A stretch of 64,000 nucleotides of DNA, from NCBI GenBank assembly GCA_951406725.2, contig OX597815.1:35526001-35590000 (forward strand), in the 5' to 3' direction. The translations under genes were made by a program, and so were the position numbers. The DNA comes from Octopus vulgaris. Taxonomy: Eukaryota. Below are positions 37,655-52,000 of this stretch, piece by piece; positions within the stretch are counted from its first letter, which is position 1, and the number at the start of each line of letters is the position of its first letter. The notes under the pieces are model-generated. The model had not been told where the DNA came from and did not search any database. It saw nothing but the letters and a program-made list of their open reading frames with translations.

Positions 37655-39150
37655 TTATATTTATTTACAAATATTTCAGAAATTTGAAAGATATGAAGAG
37701 CAATTACAAAGAATTGTGGATTCTCTGGATCCTTTGTTAGATAATCCTGCTCTACATTTACCAACTTTCAATGAAAGAGGGATTAAGAAATACATAGAAT
37801 TATGGTCATCCTTGAATTCTTTTGGAAAGTCTAGTAAGTTGTCTGTGTTATTCTTTTACTAGTTTCACTCATTAGTCTGTGGCCATGCTGGGGCAAATCC
37901 TCAAATGGGGTAGTTGATTATATCAACACTAGTATTTGGGAGATATATTATTTCATTGGCTTCAGAAGTACAAAAGGTTAAGCTGGTCTCAACTAAATTT
38001 GAAATCAGAATCTAAAGGGACAATATACCACAAATTATTCTGTCTGATATTCTCTCAAATTTGATAATATTTCTGATATTATGTTTCTAAATATTTAATA
38101 TGGGTCTTTTTTTACCCGCCTTTTATCATAAGCCATGGTGTTGGTTTTCTATATCCCTTTAAGTTTATACCACCTCCACAATAATCTACAGTTTCTCTAT
38201 TAAGAAAGAAAGATATATGGCAGTTCAATATCTGCTTCAATGACATGAAAAAATGGTTTAAAATATAAGAATCCTTTTGTTTTATTTGGGTTTTTTTTAT
38301 TTACTGGTAAAAGGTAAGATAGTATCTTCAAGAGTTTTAATGTATTGATGAGATGCAGTTTGGTTTTGTACCTGGAAAGAGTACCACAGATGCAGTAAGA
38401 CAGCTGCAGGAAAGGTACTTGGCCAAAAGTAAGCCTTTGTCAACCTGGAGAAAGCTTTCAACAGAGTTCTCAGCTTTGTTATATGGTGGTCTCTAAAGAA
38501 GTTAGGAGTTGAGGAGTAGCTTGTTAGAGCTGTACAAGCCATGTACATTGGTGCTGTCAGTAAGGTGAGAGTTAGCCATGAATACAGTGATGAATTTAGC
38601 ATACAGGTAGGGAGTCACCAGGGCTCAGTTCTCAGCCCACTCTTATTCATTATAGTCCTTCAGGCCATAACAGAGGAATTCAAAACTGTGCCCATAGGAA
38701 CTGTTATATGCTGATGACCTTGCTCTTATTGCAAAATCTTTAGCAGAATTGGAGAAGAAATTCCAGATATGGAAACAAAACCTGGAATAAAAGGGCCTTA
38801 AAGTTAACCTAGCAAAGACCAAAGTTGTTAGTAAGAAAGAAGATAAAACTCTCTTTCCATCGGGTAAATGGCCCTGCTCAATATGTAGGAAAGAAGTTGG
38901 AAGAAACTATGGACACATAAGAGGTGCAGTGGAATCACAGGTACATTAACAGATAAAGTTGTCTTTACAGTTCTATATTTAAGAGATGAGGAATTATGTA
39001 CATTATTTACAATTGACGGATATTTGTCCTCATCTTGTTTGTCGTTAACACAACGTTTCGGCTGATATACCCTCCAGCCTTCATCAGGTGTCTTGGGGAA
39101 ATTTCGAACCTGAGTTCTCATTCCTAAGGTATTTTTCGAAGTTGTTGTTG

Positions 39151-39219
<69 letters not shown>

Positions 39220-39298
39220 TCACTGCCTGGAATCGAACTTGGAATCTTGTTGTTAGTAGCCGGTGCTCTTAACCACTATGCCATATACTAAGTAGTGA

Positions 39299-39340
<42 letters not shown>

Positions 39341-42300
39341 TAACAACAACAACAACAATGTAAATAATGGTGAAAATACCTTTGTTGTTTATTAGCCACT
39401 TCACTTTTGTAGGAATACTAAATACCCACATACATACACACACACACACATATATATATATAGAGAGAGACAGACAGACAGACAGACAGATATCATAAGA
39501 GTGGGTTTAATAATAATTTCTAACTTAGAAACAAATACTGACATGAATTCAAATACCATTTCAGTTCAGAAATGCAAGGCCCAAAACTCGAAACTACTTA
39601 CAATGAAACATTGTGTTATGTTGATTTCAAATTTTGGCACAAGGCCAGCAATTTCAGAGGAGATAAGTTGATGTAAACCTCCCTTCATTGGACACTAAAT
39701 TCTGCTTGCGAAGACCTGTTGGGGCAAGTGAAATCGAAATTTTAAACTCAGAACATAAAGACAGACAGTATACTACTAAGCATTTAGGCCAGCTGGCTAA
39801 TGATTCTGCCAGCTTGCAAAGAAAAGGGTAAGGGGAAAATAATGGTGGCATATTGAATGTTGTTGGGGTTTTTGATACTCTGACAATATCATCAAACATT
39901 AATTTGCATATCTCCATTCTACAGTCATGGACTGATCCTGTGCAGGTGGCACGTAAAAACTTATACATTTGGCAAGTAGGTTGCTAAAACCCAAGATGAG
40001 CAAACACAAATACATGGTAGACAAAAGCTAAAAGACCGTGACCATGCTCGGAGTGGTTGGCGTTAGGAAGGGCATCCAGCTGTAGAAACTCTGCCAGATC
40101 AGATTGGAGCCTGGTGCAGCCATCTTGTTTGCCAGTCCTCAGTCAAATTGTCCAACCAATGCTAGCATGGAAAGTGGACATTAAACGATGATGATGATAA
40201 TATACAAGGGGCTTCTTTCAGTTTCCATTTCCCAAATCCATTCACAAGGCTTTAGTTGGCTTGGGGCCAAAATAGAATACACTTACTCAAGGTGCCTCAT
40301 AGTGGGACTGAACCCAGAAACTTATGGTTAGGAAGCAATCCTCTTACACACAACCACAAACAAATAATTTTTTTATTTTAACCAATTACACTAAATATTT
40401 TCTCTTTTGAAATGTCAACATTTTGTTCTATTTTTAGTAAAACAACTGAAACATGATAAAACAGCACTTCTCGAGTTAATGACAGCCCCTGCTTCCAAGG
40501 TTAGTTTCACTCAATGTCTTGTTTTCATTTGTCCAACAAATTTTCTGCTTGGAAAATGTTGAGAACCAAGAGGGCTGTCCACACTGATTCTATCATGTTT
40601 GAAAAAATGTGATTGTCTCTTTTTTTTCTGTGTGTGTGTGTGTGTGTGTGTGAAGTACCAATGGTCCTCATAAATATCCACTAGACTGGGGAAATATATA
40701 CAACTGATGTTCAGTTTCAACTTGTGTAGGTTAATGCCCGTAGAAAAACAATGGATTGAGAAAACGTTCTCAGGGGTCTGCAGTTCTTGGGAGGAATAAC
40801 TAGTAAAAGTGTTTATGGGGAAGATTGGGATACACAGAATGGTGAACGAGAGAAGAAGAATTGATGCATTCAGTGGATTAGGCAATGGTGGTACGAAGCT
40901 TGTTAATTAAGAAGGGGAGAAACTATTGAAATAGTGGCAGAGGATATGGATAGAAAAACATGTCTGATTGTAAATTAGTTTTCTGCAGTCGATCAAATGA
41001 CCTTCTTTTATATATGTTCTAGAATGTTGTATTGTGTGGAACAGCCCCATTCTCAATATGTAAACATTGGAGTCTTGTTTGTGCTTTGTAGAAGATTAGC
41101 TACTGATCAGAGCTAAAGTGCATCTTAGCTCTGAAGATGTGTCATAGTCTTTAGGATGTTGATTTAATAATGTTGTATATGTGGTTACCATAGTAAATTA
41201 CCAGAGACAACAATGTGTTACATTTGTTGCAACTTTGAGAGTTTTAGTTGTGTGTTGTTTAAAGTTAGGTGGTGCAATGTTGCAAGAGTGTTTTCTTGAC
41301 ATGTGAGTGAGTGTTTTAAGTCAGCTGTAGGAAATTAGGTTGCGAGTCTCTGCCTGCTAGAAAATATCTAAGCACCCACTACACTCTCAGAGTGGTTGGC
41401 ATTAGGAAGGGCATCCAGCTGTAGAAACTCTGCCAGATTAAGATTGGAGCCTGGTGCAGCCATCTGGTTTGCCAGCCCTCAGTCAAATTGTCCAACCCAT
41501 GCTAGCATGGAAAGCGGATGTTAGACGAAGATGATGATGATGATGATGACTTCTATTTATGGAAATATTGAATATCTTTCATGGTGTGCTTAAATCCTGG
41601 ACAGAAAGTTAAAGGGAAATAGAAAATTATACCATTGGGTAGAGATTTGTAAGAAGTAGGAGGAAATAATTTCACAAAAGGAATTACGTTACCAGTGTTA
41701 AATGAATGTTAGAGAGAGCCTCAGTATAAACTGTGATGATGTAATGTTTCTGATAGACCCATTTGTCAGAAACTTTGGAGGAGCTGATGTCAGACTGTGT
41801 CGATGTTTTTTGGCAAATTTCACCTAAGTTCTGAATGAGAAGAGCCTCCTGGTGTGTGACAGGGAAAGAAGTCTCAGATAGATATGATTCCACAGAAGCC
41901 ATATTGTTAGTCACAGATGAATAATCCTCTCATCAACGATCAACAGTGATCTTTTTTCTTTTTGTCAATTTCCAAATGTGTATTCTGACTTCTTTACCCT
42001 GGGGTACACCTTGACTTAACACTACCCTAGCTATCATTAATACTCAGTCCCAAAGGCGGCAAGCTAGCAGAAATGTTAGCACACCAGACAAAAGGCTTAG
42101 TTGTATTTCACCTGCCATTATGTTCTGAGTTCAAATTCCGCTGAGGTTGACTTTGCCTTTCATCCTTTCAGGGTCATTAAATTAAGTACCAGTTACTCAC
42201 TGGGGTTGATGTAATCGACTTAATCCATTTATCTGTCCTTGTTTGTCTCCTCTATGTTTAGCCCCTTGTGGGTAATAAAGAAATATAATCCCCAGTCCCA

Positions 42301-45300
42301 AACTTATTGTATCAATTCTACTTTATATATTTGTTCTACAATCTCTGTTTACTATATACGACTTAACTTATTTCTATTTAATTACTCCTAGTTTATCTAG
42401 TTCGGGTTTTTATGTGAATTAAAATTACTAGGTCTGCCTTGATCTTCTTGTACCATTCCTTCTTAAACCAGCCTCACAATTATTTGATGACATTGATACT
42501 TTCAGGTTTTGAATAAATGGTTTGAATCAGAACCCCTGAAAGCCAGTTTGGCAACTGATGCTGTGATTGGATCAATGACCAGTCCTCATCATTCAGGTAG
42601 TGGGTAAGTCAATAGCTTCATTTATTCCTATCATCATTAGTTATTTCTATTCAACAAAACCAAAGGTAGCTGAAAAACACCATAACAAGTGAGACAGGTT
42701 TGTTTTAATAGATATGTGCATACATATGTAGCAGTTCTTGCATGCATGAAGTGGATTCGATCCACCACAGCCAAATTTAAATTAACGCTGCCACAGAACT
42801 TTTCCCATGGTGGAACAATGGTTTTTCTCTGACAGCAGTTTTACATTTTCCAGATGCCTTTAGCTAAGCCGAAATAATGTCTTCATCACTTGACTCTTTC
42901 TAACCTCTTCTACTTCACCAAAAGCTAGAATAGAGATAACACGACTACCAACTAAATCTATTGTTTTCAATGAAATATCTATCCTTCTGGATAGTTATAT
43001 AAGCAAGCACACCCCAAAATCAGTTAGTCACAGTCGGTGATGACTCAACAAAGTCTGGCTGACCAGCTAGAACCTTGGTCTGAGGGAGAAATGAAGTTTA
43101 CTGTCAGCAACTGTGAGACAACGTCCCTCATCTTACAATTCTCATTAGCTCTGATTCTGCTCTCTTACAACATCATTCTATCTCTCTCTGTAATTACTAC
43201 TACTAAACAATGAAGAGGATACAAACACAAACTTTACTTTGCATACTTTTGGATTTAGCATAACCTGCCTGTCGAGGCAAGGTATTTGTTACATAACGGT
43301 AAATGAATATTTCCTTTATACTTCATGCATTGTTCATCTTTCACATCCTACAGCAAGCAATTATAACAACAAATTATTACCGTTACACATATATCACAAT
43401 TTATTTTTTAATCAATGTTCAAGCTGTATCCATTCTGCTTTGGTTTCAGAGGAATGTGTATTGGACTGCAATTTGTGTTTCCTTTCTTAAATAATGTGGC
43501 TTAGTTGTGAAGGCACATGGCTTAGTGGTTGGGTTATTTGCTCACAATCGTATGGTCATGTGTTCAATTCCTAATAGTGCATTATGTCCTTGAGCAAGAC
43601 ACTTTATTTCATGCTGTTCCAATCCACTCATCTGGAAAAACTTAGTTTTACCTGTAATCCAAGAGGCCAGCCTTGTCACACTCTGTGTCATGTTGAATCT
43701 CCCTGAGAAATATGTTAAGGGTACATGTGTCTGTGGAGTACTCAGCCATTTGCATGTTAATTTCATTGAGCAGATCAACTGCAATATTCATCATCATAAC
43801 CGATGGAGTGCCAGTTAGTTAAAGTGGTGTAAGGAAAAAGAGGTTTGACAATTACAGCAACATGTTGTGTAGCTACATAAAGATTCCATCACTAGTTGTT
43901 AAATGCCCATTCCTACTTTCCAGAAATGTAGTGGTTGATTAATTAAAGTTCTGTCTTACTGACCTGGAGATGCTCAATTCAAAATAACTCATAGAAATCA
44001 ATAGCCATATCATTTTAAATACTTATTGAAATATCTCTCTGAACTGTGAAGTCAGTCTTTCACTTAAATTCCCTAAAGAAGGTAGAGTAATCTATCTTGC
44101 CTGTTATTACAACAACAGACTTTACACTCTGTTTACTCTCTTTTACTTGTTTCAGTCATTTGACTGCAGCCATGCTGGAGCACCGCCTTTAGTTGAGCAA
44201 ATCGACCTGGGACTTATTCTTTGTAAGCCCAGTACTTATTCTATCGGTCTCTTTTGCCGAACCACTAAGTGACAGGGACGTAAACACACCAGCATCGGTT
44301 GTCAAGCAATGCTAGAGGGACAAACACAGACACACAAATATATACACACACATACATGCTGGCAGAAACCTTAGCACGCCGGGCGAAATGTGTAGCCGTA
44401 TTTCGTCTGCCATTACGTTCTGGGTTCAAATTCCGCCAAGGTCGACTTTGCCTTTCATTCTTTCGGGGTCGATAAATTAAGTATCAGTTACGCACTGGGG
44501 TCGATGTAATTGACTTAATCCGTTTGTCTGTCCTTGTTTGTCCCCACTGTGTTTAGCCCCTTGTGGGTAGTAAAGAAATATATATATACATATATACGAC
44601 AGGCTTCTCTCAGTTTCCATCTACCAAATCCACTCACAAGGCTTTGGTTGGCCCGAGGCTATAGCAGAAGACACTTGCCCAAGATGCCACGCTGTGGGAC
44701 TGAACCCAAAACCATGTGGCTGGTTAGCAAGCTACTTACCACACAGCCACTCCTGTGCCTGTTTACATTTATATGCCATTTGGTAGCCAAGTGGCTTACA
44801 TTTTCAATATTCGCACAACAATCAGAATAATTTTTTTGCCTAGTTACAGAGAAAATTTTGACAACAGATTTAGATACATCAAAACAATTTTTTGTATAAT
44901 TCGCTTTTGTCTGCTGAGGCCTTTTTGGTCAATATGACATTTTTAAATGGTAAAAACAGTCTCCTTCTCCTTACATTACTGCTATTAGAAAATGTGATTG
45001 CACATTGAAATTGATCTCAGTTTTTATGGCTTTAAGCTATTGCATGGTATTTCTTCCTTCATATAAACTACTAGTTTGTTCTAAGGTTGACTTGTGGCTA
45101 AATTCGACATATGCATCGCTAGTAGCCAACAAGACCCTCATCAATTATATATATGTTCTTACTGTTTACAGTGTTGTTGTTGTTGTTGTTAAGCAACAAA
45201 ATGGGTAAGGGTGATTAGGTGATAATCTAGGGCTTTGTGGCGGGAAACCCCAGACCTTGAAGGAAAAAAAAAATTTGGTCGTCTTGTTGTAGTCGAGGGC

Positions 45301-48300
45301 TCTTCGTTGACGCCCGACACCACTGGGAGGTGGCCCTCGAAGTCGCTGGAAATGGAGATTTCCAGGTCCAAATTCTTGGATGGTTGTTTACAGTGTTGAA
45401 CCATCAAGGTTAACAGAGCCATTAAGACTTTTGTCTTTAAAAGGAATATATACCTTCCTCAGAAATATAAATAGATATGATATGAAATGCAAAAGTCTTT
45501 TTGAGTTGATATATAAAATGTATTTATTGTTACAGATATGTATTGCTGCATCATGTGATGGGTCAGCTGGAAGGTGTGAAAGGTGCTTGGGGTTATGTCC
45601 AAGGTGGTATGGGTTCAGTCTCTCAGGCAATTGCTAATTGTGCCACAGACCAAGGTGCAGATATTTTCACAAACAAGGTATTGCTTTTTTATTATTCTTA
45701 ATCTTTGTTTGATTTTTACATTTAGTTCTTTCTCAGATGAATATTGTTACCTTCCAGTGTCAACTGCAGAAACATACCATGAATTTTCTGATCTTCCAAT
45801 AGATATTCCTATCTGTAGAAATATATGACACGATTACTGTGAGTTTAGGGTACTGCATTACTATTCACTAAGTCATAAACTGAAATGCATAAGTCAATTT
45901 GCCCCAGTTTGTATGACTGATAAGTAGTTCAAACCTTTTTGTGACTGTATTTTGAAAATAATTAAGAATTTGGATTGATTTAGTAAATTAACATTTTTAT
46001 TATTATAATTAAACTGGTTTTTGGAACATAGTTTAATAAATATTTCTTAATATAAAATTATGATAAAAAGTTTTAATTTAAATGTAAAGAGTTTAAAAAC
46101 AGAATCAGAGACAATCTCAAGCAGGTTGGCATCAACATGGTTAAATCCTGTTTCAAAGATGACAAGATAGTGATATGAAGGACAGTCAAGGTGACAATTT
46201 TTACTCTGTTAATAAACACTCCACTCTTTATAATATGCAGAATTAGAAGTAAATTATTAAAATATCAAATAATATCCACTAGTCAAATGGTCGTTTTATG
46301 GCTTGTATTGTTGATATAAGATGCTTAATCTCAGATGTGATAAAGGTGAACTAAAGAGTTCAACTTTATCAGTATGAATATCTACTGAATAAATTATCTC
46401 AAAATCTACCCAAATAACACATGTAATTATATTCTTCAATCTTATGACATAATGTGAGATTATACAGTATTATCTTTTCTTATGTTCATGTGTCAAAAGA
46501 TTTGTAAAATGTATATTATCAACACCACCTTTCTTAATTTCATTGCAATCTATTGGAAGTTAATATTTTCTCTGTTGACATCCATCTCAGTTAATTTTGC
46601 TTTTCTCCCAATTCTGGGCTTTCTTGAAGAAAAGCCCTTACATAACTGAGATGCAATCTCAACCCAAAATTTCATATCATCATAGTCCTTTGGTAATGGA
46701 GGTACCTAGTGGCTTTTTACATAAACAATATATGAATTAACAATAGCTAAATTCACAAAAAACCACAAAATGTACCTCCGCCATTTCTTTCCAGGCCATC
46801 CAACTGGGTAGTATGCCCAATACTGGTTGGAGTTGTCAATACTACCCATCAGCTTTGCCACAGTCAGATTGAATGAAACAAGTAAAAGAATATCTGTGCT
46901 ATAGCATGCATACCACCACATCAGCATTCTGAGCATACTTGAAATTGTTTTATTTTGTACTTATAGAAAATTTGAGGTACCCCACTGGGCTGTGTGTTGT
47001 GTTCTTGAGCCAAACACTTCATTTCACATTGCTCCAGTCCACTCGGCTGTAAATAAATAACCCTGTGACAGACTGGCATCCTGTGCAGGTGGAATGTTTT
47101 GATCTTGGTTATTCACAATGGGGTGCTGTAAAGTTCCTGGCTTCAAGGGCATTGGGAAAGGTCTGATTAGAAACCAAACCTTCTCAGTTTTTTTTACAGG
47201 GCTTAGAAAAACTGAAGGACTGCTGCAATAAATGTGCGAATCTGAGAGGGGAATATGTTGAATGAAGTTATAATTAACTGATCCGCCTATATTTTCTTTT
47301 ATCCAAAGCCAGGAACTTTTCAGGAGCCCCCTCATATATACCATAGAAACCAGGTAACTGGCTCTATGATTCCTGAGACTGGAGATACTAATGTCCAAGG
47401 GTTGAGGAGGAGGAATAGTCATAGGATACCTCAGAATAAAATAAGAGTAGAAAAATGGTTTAATTTTTATCCAATAAAAATATGGATTCAGTTACACTTT
47501 TCACAAATAACTTCAGTTTTTCTTTTATCACTTCAAGCTCCCAAACTATTTGCTAATAAAACAAAAGTATAACATTTATCCCTTTCAAGAATAATATATA
47601 ACTAAATTTATTTCATTATACATTTATATGTAACTAATATATAATATATATAATTTATAACTAAATTTATTTCATTATACATTCATTTGATTGGTTATAT
47701 TCACTTGCACTTATTCATTGACAAACCCCAATACTTCGTTTTTGGTTTTATTCATACAATTGCAGTAGCTAAGACAGCAGAGTACTAAATCGACTACTTC
47801 ATTGTAATGCATCTAGTTTTGTATTTCATAGATATCAATAGAGTAATAAACTATTCCATTTCAATTGACTCTAGCTTGACTTTGCACCTAATCAAAAGAA
47901 GTATTTATTCTCAGGTCAACCCACTGTTATCTCCCTTGTATTTTATTCCAGCCTGTCAGCACCATTCTGATAGAGAACAACAGAGCTAGAGGTGTTGTTC
48001 TAGAAGATGGTACTGAAGTAATTGCTCGAGCAGTATTGTCCAATGCCACTCCTAAAGTTACATTTTTGGATCTTCTTCCAAAAGTCAGTATTTTTTTAAT
48101 TAGTAAATTATTTGTATTTATTTGCCATTTCCTTTTCCTTAATGCATTTTCTCTTTTTTCTTGTTTAGAGTTATGGCATAATTAAACCAATTTTCAGAAA
48201 TCTGTCCTGCTTCAGACATAGTTTATTATGTTTGAGAAGGACATAAATGTACTTTAAGCACAGCATAGCAAGGTGTGTTCGGTGATGAGGCAGTAAAATG

Positions 48301-49014
48301 TGTTTTGATGCAAGTTATTACTTAAGTATGTGAGATACAGTGCTATAGCAAGATGTTTGATGTGATATAACAAGATGTTTGATGTGTTACAGCAAGATGT
48401 TTGATGTGATATAACAAGGTGGTTGATGTGATTTAGTAAGATGTGTTTGGGGTGAGGTACAATAAGTTCTAATGAAGGTGCTGTGCACTGGTTCTATACT
48501 AAATATTTGACCAAAATACAACTGTCAAGAATCCAGTCCATCTAGATGTAAATAGGTTTTAAAGAATAGTACAATTCCTTGTTGTAAGCAATAGGAGGAT
48601 TATATAGTTGAAACAGGTCTTCAAGACTGCAGTACACTGGCTAACTCTTCCTTCTCTGAGACTAATTCAGAGCCTGTGAAGTGAGAATCAGTGGAGGTTT
48701 TAGGAAGAAGAAAGATGAGTGAACTGTAAGATCTTCCCCATGACTTTCGGAAACATTTTTTCATGCTAAAAGTTGCTGAAGCATGGAACAAACTGCCGGT
48801 ATCAGTTGTTAGTTGTTGGAGCACTGCATCCTTCAAAACTTCCATGCTTCCTGAGATTTGCCAACACTACACCTGATTTTCTCCCTTCCATACACACGCA
48901 AGAATGTATCTGACTCATACACTGTTCACTTTCCAGACATTTGTACATTACTGCATACGCTTTATATGCACTTTTGACAAGTTGTGGTGCACCTGAGCAC
49001 TGTATACAATAATT

Positions 49015-49070
<56 letters not shown>

Positions 49071-52000
49071 GGGTATGGGGCATATAGTTCAGAAAAGAAG
49101 CCATTGTAATAGCAATAGAAGGAGAGCAGAAACCCTATTTGTGAGTAAGTTGTTGCTGCATGTAGGTGAGTGCATCATTGCCAATCAGTTTAATGATTGG
49201 CAATCTGTTGAATGTGAGCTAGTGTGTGTGTATGTGTACATATGTGTGAGTGCGTATATAGTAACATCCCATTTATGTAAATAGTACTCCACTTCATCTG
49301 GTAACTGTCAAGTAAATAATATATTTAACTCACAAGAGATCAATATAATCCTTTCTACAGTAGGCACAATGCCTGGAATTTGTAGGGAGTAGGATAGTCG
49401 ATCAGATTAACCCCAGTACTTGACTGGTTCTTAATTTATCTACCTCGAACAGACAAAAGGCAAAGTTGGCCTTGGCAGAATTTGAACCCAAAACGTAAAG
49501 CATTTTTCCCAGCATGCTAACAATTCTGCCTGTTTGCTGGTTTCAACAACAGATCAACATAATGTTGACAGAATTATCAACATTGTTTTCCAGTAGAGTT
49601 TAATAGCCATTACAAAGTAATTTCTGAAGAAAATTATAGAACATCATAGAGAATATGAATTAAGCTTCAGAGAACTTACTACACCAAATATAAATGAAAA
49701 GCTAAAAAGAGGCAAAATTATGACACCTTTGTGGTTTGATCTGAATGTTACTAATCAAAATCTTTCCTACTTTCCCAATCTATCTTTTCTAAAACTACAT
49801 TCCTCTTGAATTACTTCTTTGTCTATGTTTTTACTACAAACAAACCGAATATGCACAGTTTTCATAGGTCCTGCAAACATCATTATCACTGGTCATCTTC
49901 CTTCCACTATCTTATTTTTAGATGTTAGAAATCTAAAATTGGTTTACAGTAAAGGTAGATGAAGTAAAATTAGATGAAGTAGATGAAGTAAAATTAGATG
50001 AAGTCAAGTTTCTAATTTGCAATATTTCAGGGAACCTTATCCACTGACCTTACCAAAGAAATAGAAGTGATAGATTATACTTCACCAGTGACAAAGATCA
50101 ATGGTAAGAAAAAAATTGTGCTTTCTTTTATATTTATTTATTTATAATAAAAATTAGCTTTCTGCACATGTGTCTACAGGCAAGATGTTTTGAGGAAGAC
50201 TGGCAGTTTGTATGTGGCTGCTCATTTTGCTAGAAATGATAGCCAAATCTCCTCTAAACTTTTCCATACCATTTTTAAAATGACTGAATATACAGAATAA
50301 TATAATTCTGAATATAACATGTAAGAAAAAAAACCAGGCTTGGGCCAAATATTCAGCACCCTTGGCCCAGCCCTACCAATTACATGACCTTCTTCCAGTC
50401 CAACAAAGTGTAACCTGCTTTTCCCAATCCCACAATAAATCTCCAATTTTTCCCCTGAACATCCTTCTGCTATCTCTTCCTTAGAAAATACAGTCAGAAA
50501 ATTAATTAATTACAAACAAATAATCAAGTAAATTTTTACTTGAAATATTTCATGTTGAATCATGTGGCAGGTCATAACACTACATAGACCTCTCACCCTG
50601 CCTTGCCACTTACCCATGTCCTTTCTTCTTTGTTCCAAGAATGACCTCACTTCCTTTCATTCATGTTTCAAACTGTATTAAGAAATTTTGAGTAGGTTAC
50701 TTGATGTGGGAGGACCCTGATTTTAATGCCTGAGGCAATCAACCAGTTTATCTAATGCATAACACTTGCAACAGTTCCCTATTAATGACAGGAATGTAAC
50801 AGTCTCTCTCAATCTTTTGATTACCCATCATCATCATCATCATTTAATGTCCACTTTCCATGCTAGCATGGGTTGGACAAGTTGACTGAGGTCTGGCGAA
50901 CCAGATGGCTGCACCAGACTCCAATCTGATCTGGCAGAGTTTCTACAGCTGGATGCCCTTCCTAATGCTAACCACTCTGAGAGTGTAGTGGGTGCTTTTA
51001 CGTGCCACTGGCACGAGGGCCAGTCAGGCGGTACTGGCAGCGACCATGCTCAAATGGTGCTTTTTATGTCCCATATTTAACAATGTAAATTATATTGAGG
51101 TTTAGCAGTGTAACAACAAAGCAATCAAATAAAATTAAAGCTTTGAAAAGCTAACTTATTTGAGAGGAGTGGTAGTGGATCTGATGTTTAGAAATAAAGT
51201 CAAATAATTGAATAAATAATTTATTTAAAGTCATAAAAATTGCTAATTGAGATTTTTCTTTTTTCCTTCCAAATACCAACATGTTATTTTAGTCGCTGTG
51301 AAAGAGCTGCCCAACTTTACTGCTGATCCAAACACCAAGAAGAACACACCAATGCCACATCACCAGTGTACCATCCATTTAAACTGCGAACACACTGATT
51401 TAATTCATCAAGCTTATCTCGATGCACAAAATGGGTATCCTTCACGCAAGTAATAGAGAATTTCAACTTTTGAGCCTTTGTTGCTTAGTTCTTACTATCT
51501 TATACTTATTTTAGTCATTGAACTGTGGCTATGCTGGAGCACTGCCTTGAATGATTTAGTCAAACAAATCGACCCCAATACTTATTCTATCAGTTTGTCA
51601 AACTGCTAAGTTATGGGGACATAAACACCCCAACACCTGTTATCAGGAGATGTGGAGGCAAATACAAATGCAAGACACACACACATATATTTACATATAC
51701 AACATATTTCCATTGTTTCCCTCAACTAAATTCACTCACAGACATTGGTCAGCCTGAGGTTAAAGTAGAAGACACTTGTCCAAGGTGCCACACAGTAGGA
51801 CTGAACCTGAAACTACATGGTTGAGGAGCTAGCTTCTTAACCACAAAACCATGTCTGCACCTAGCTGTTGTCATTGCTGTTGTTATTATATATGATATTT
51901 TAAGTTAACAGTTATATACTATTGTTTGTTAATATTATATCAGTATCATCATCATATCTCATTCTTTCTCCTAATCATCATCATACTACAGTCCTCATTA

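Noticed and set aside
39220-39290. Functional tRNA gene
   Set aside because: A and B boxes are present but the acceptor and anticodon stems do not pair well and there is no T-run terminator; it is a SINE head. The same applies to 54203-54275 and 60285-60357.
39088-39291. Poly-Leu ORF, and similar poly-Thr/Asp/His/Ser ORFs elsewhere
   Set aside because: Translations of trinucleotide microsatellites.
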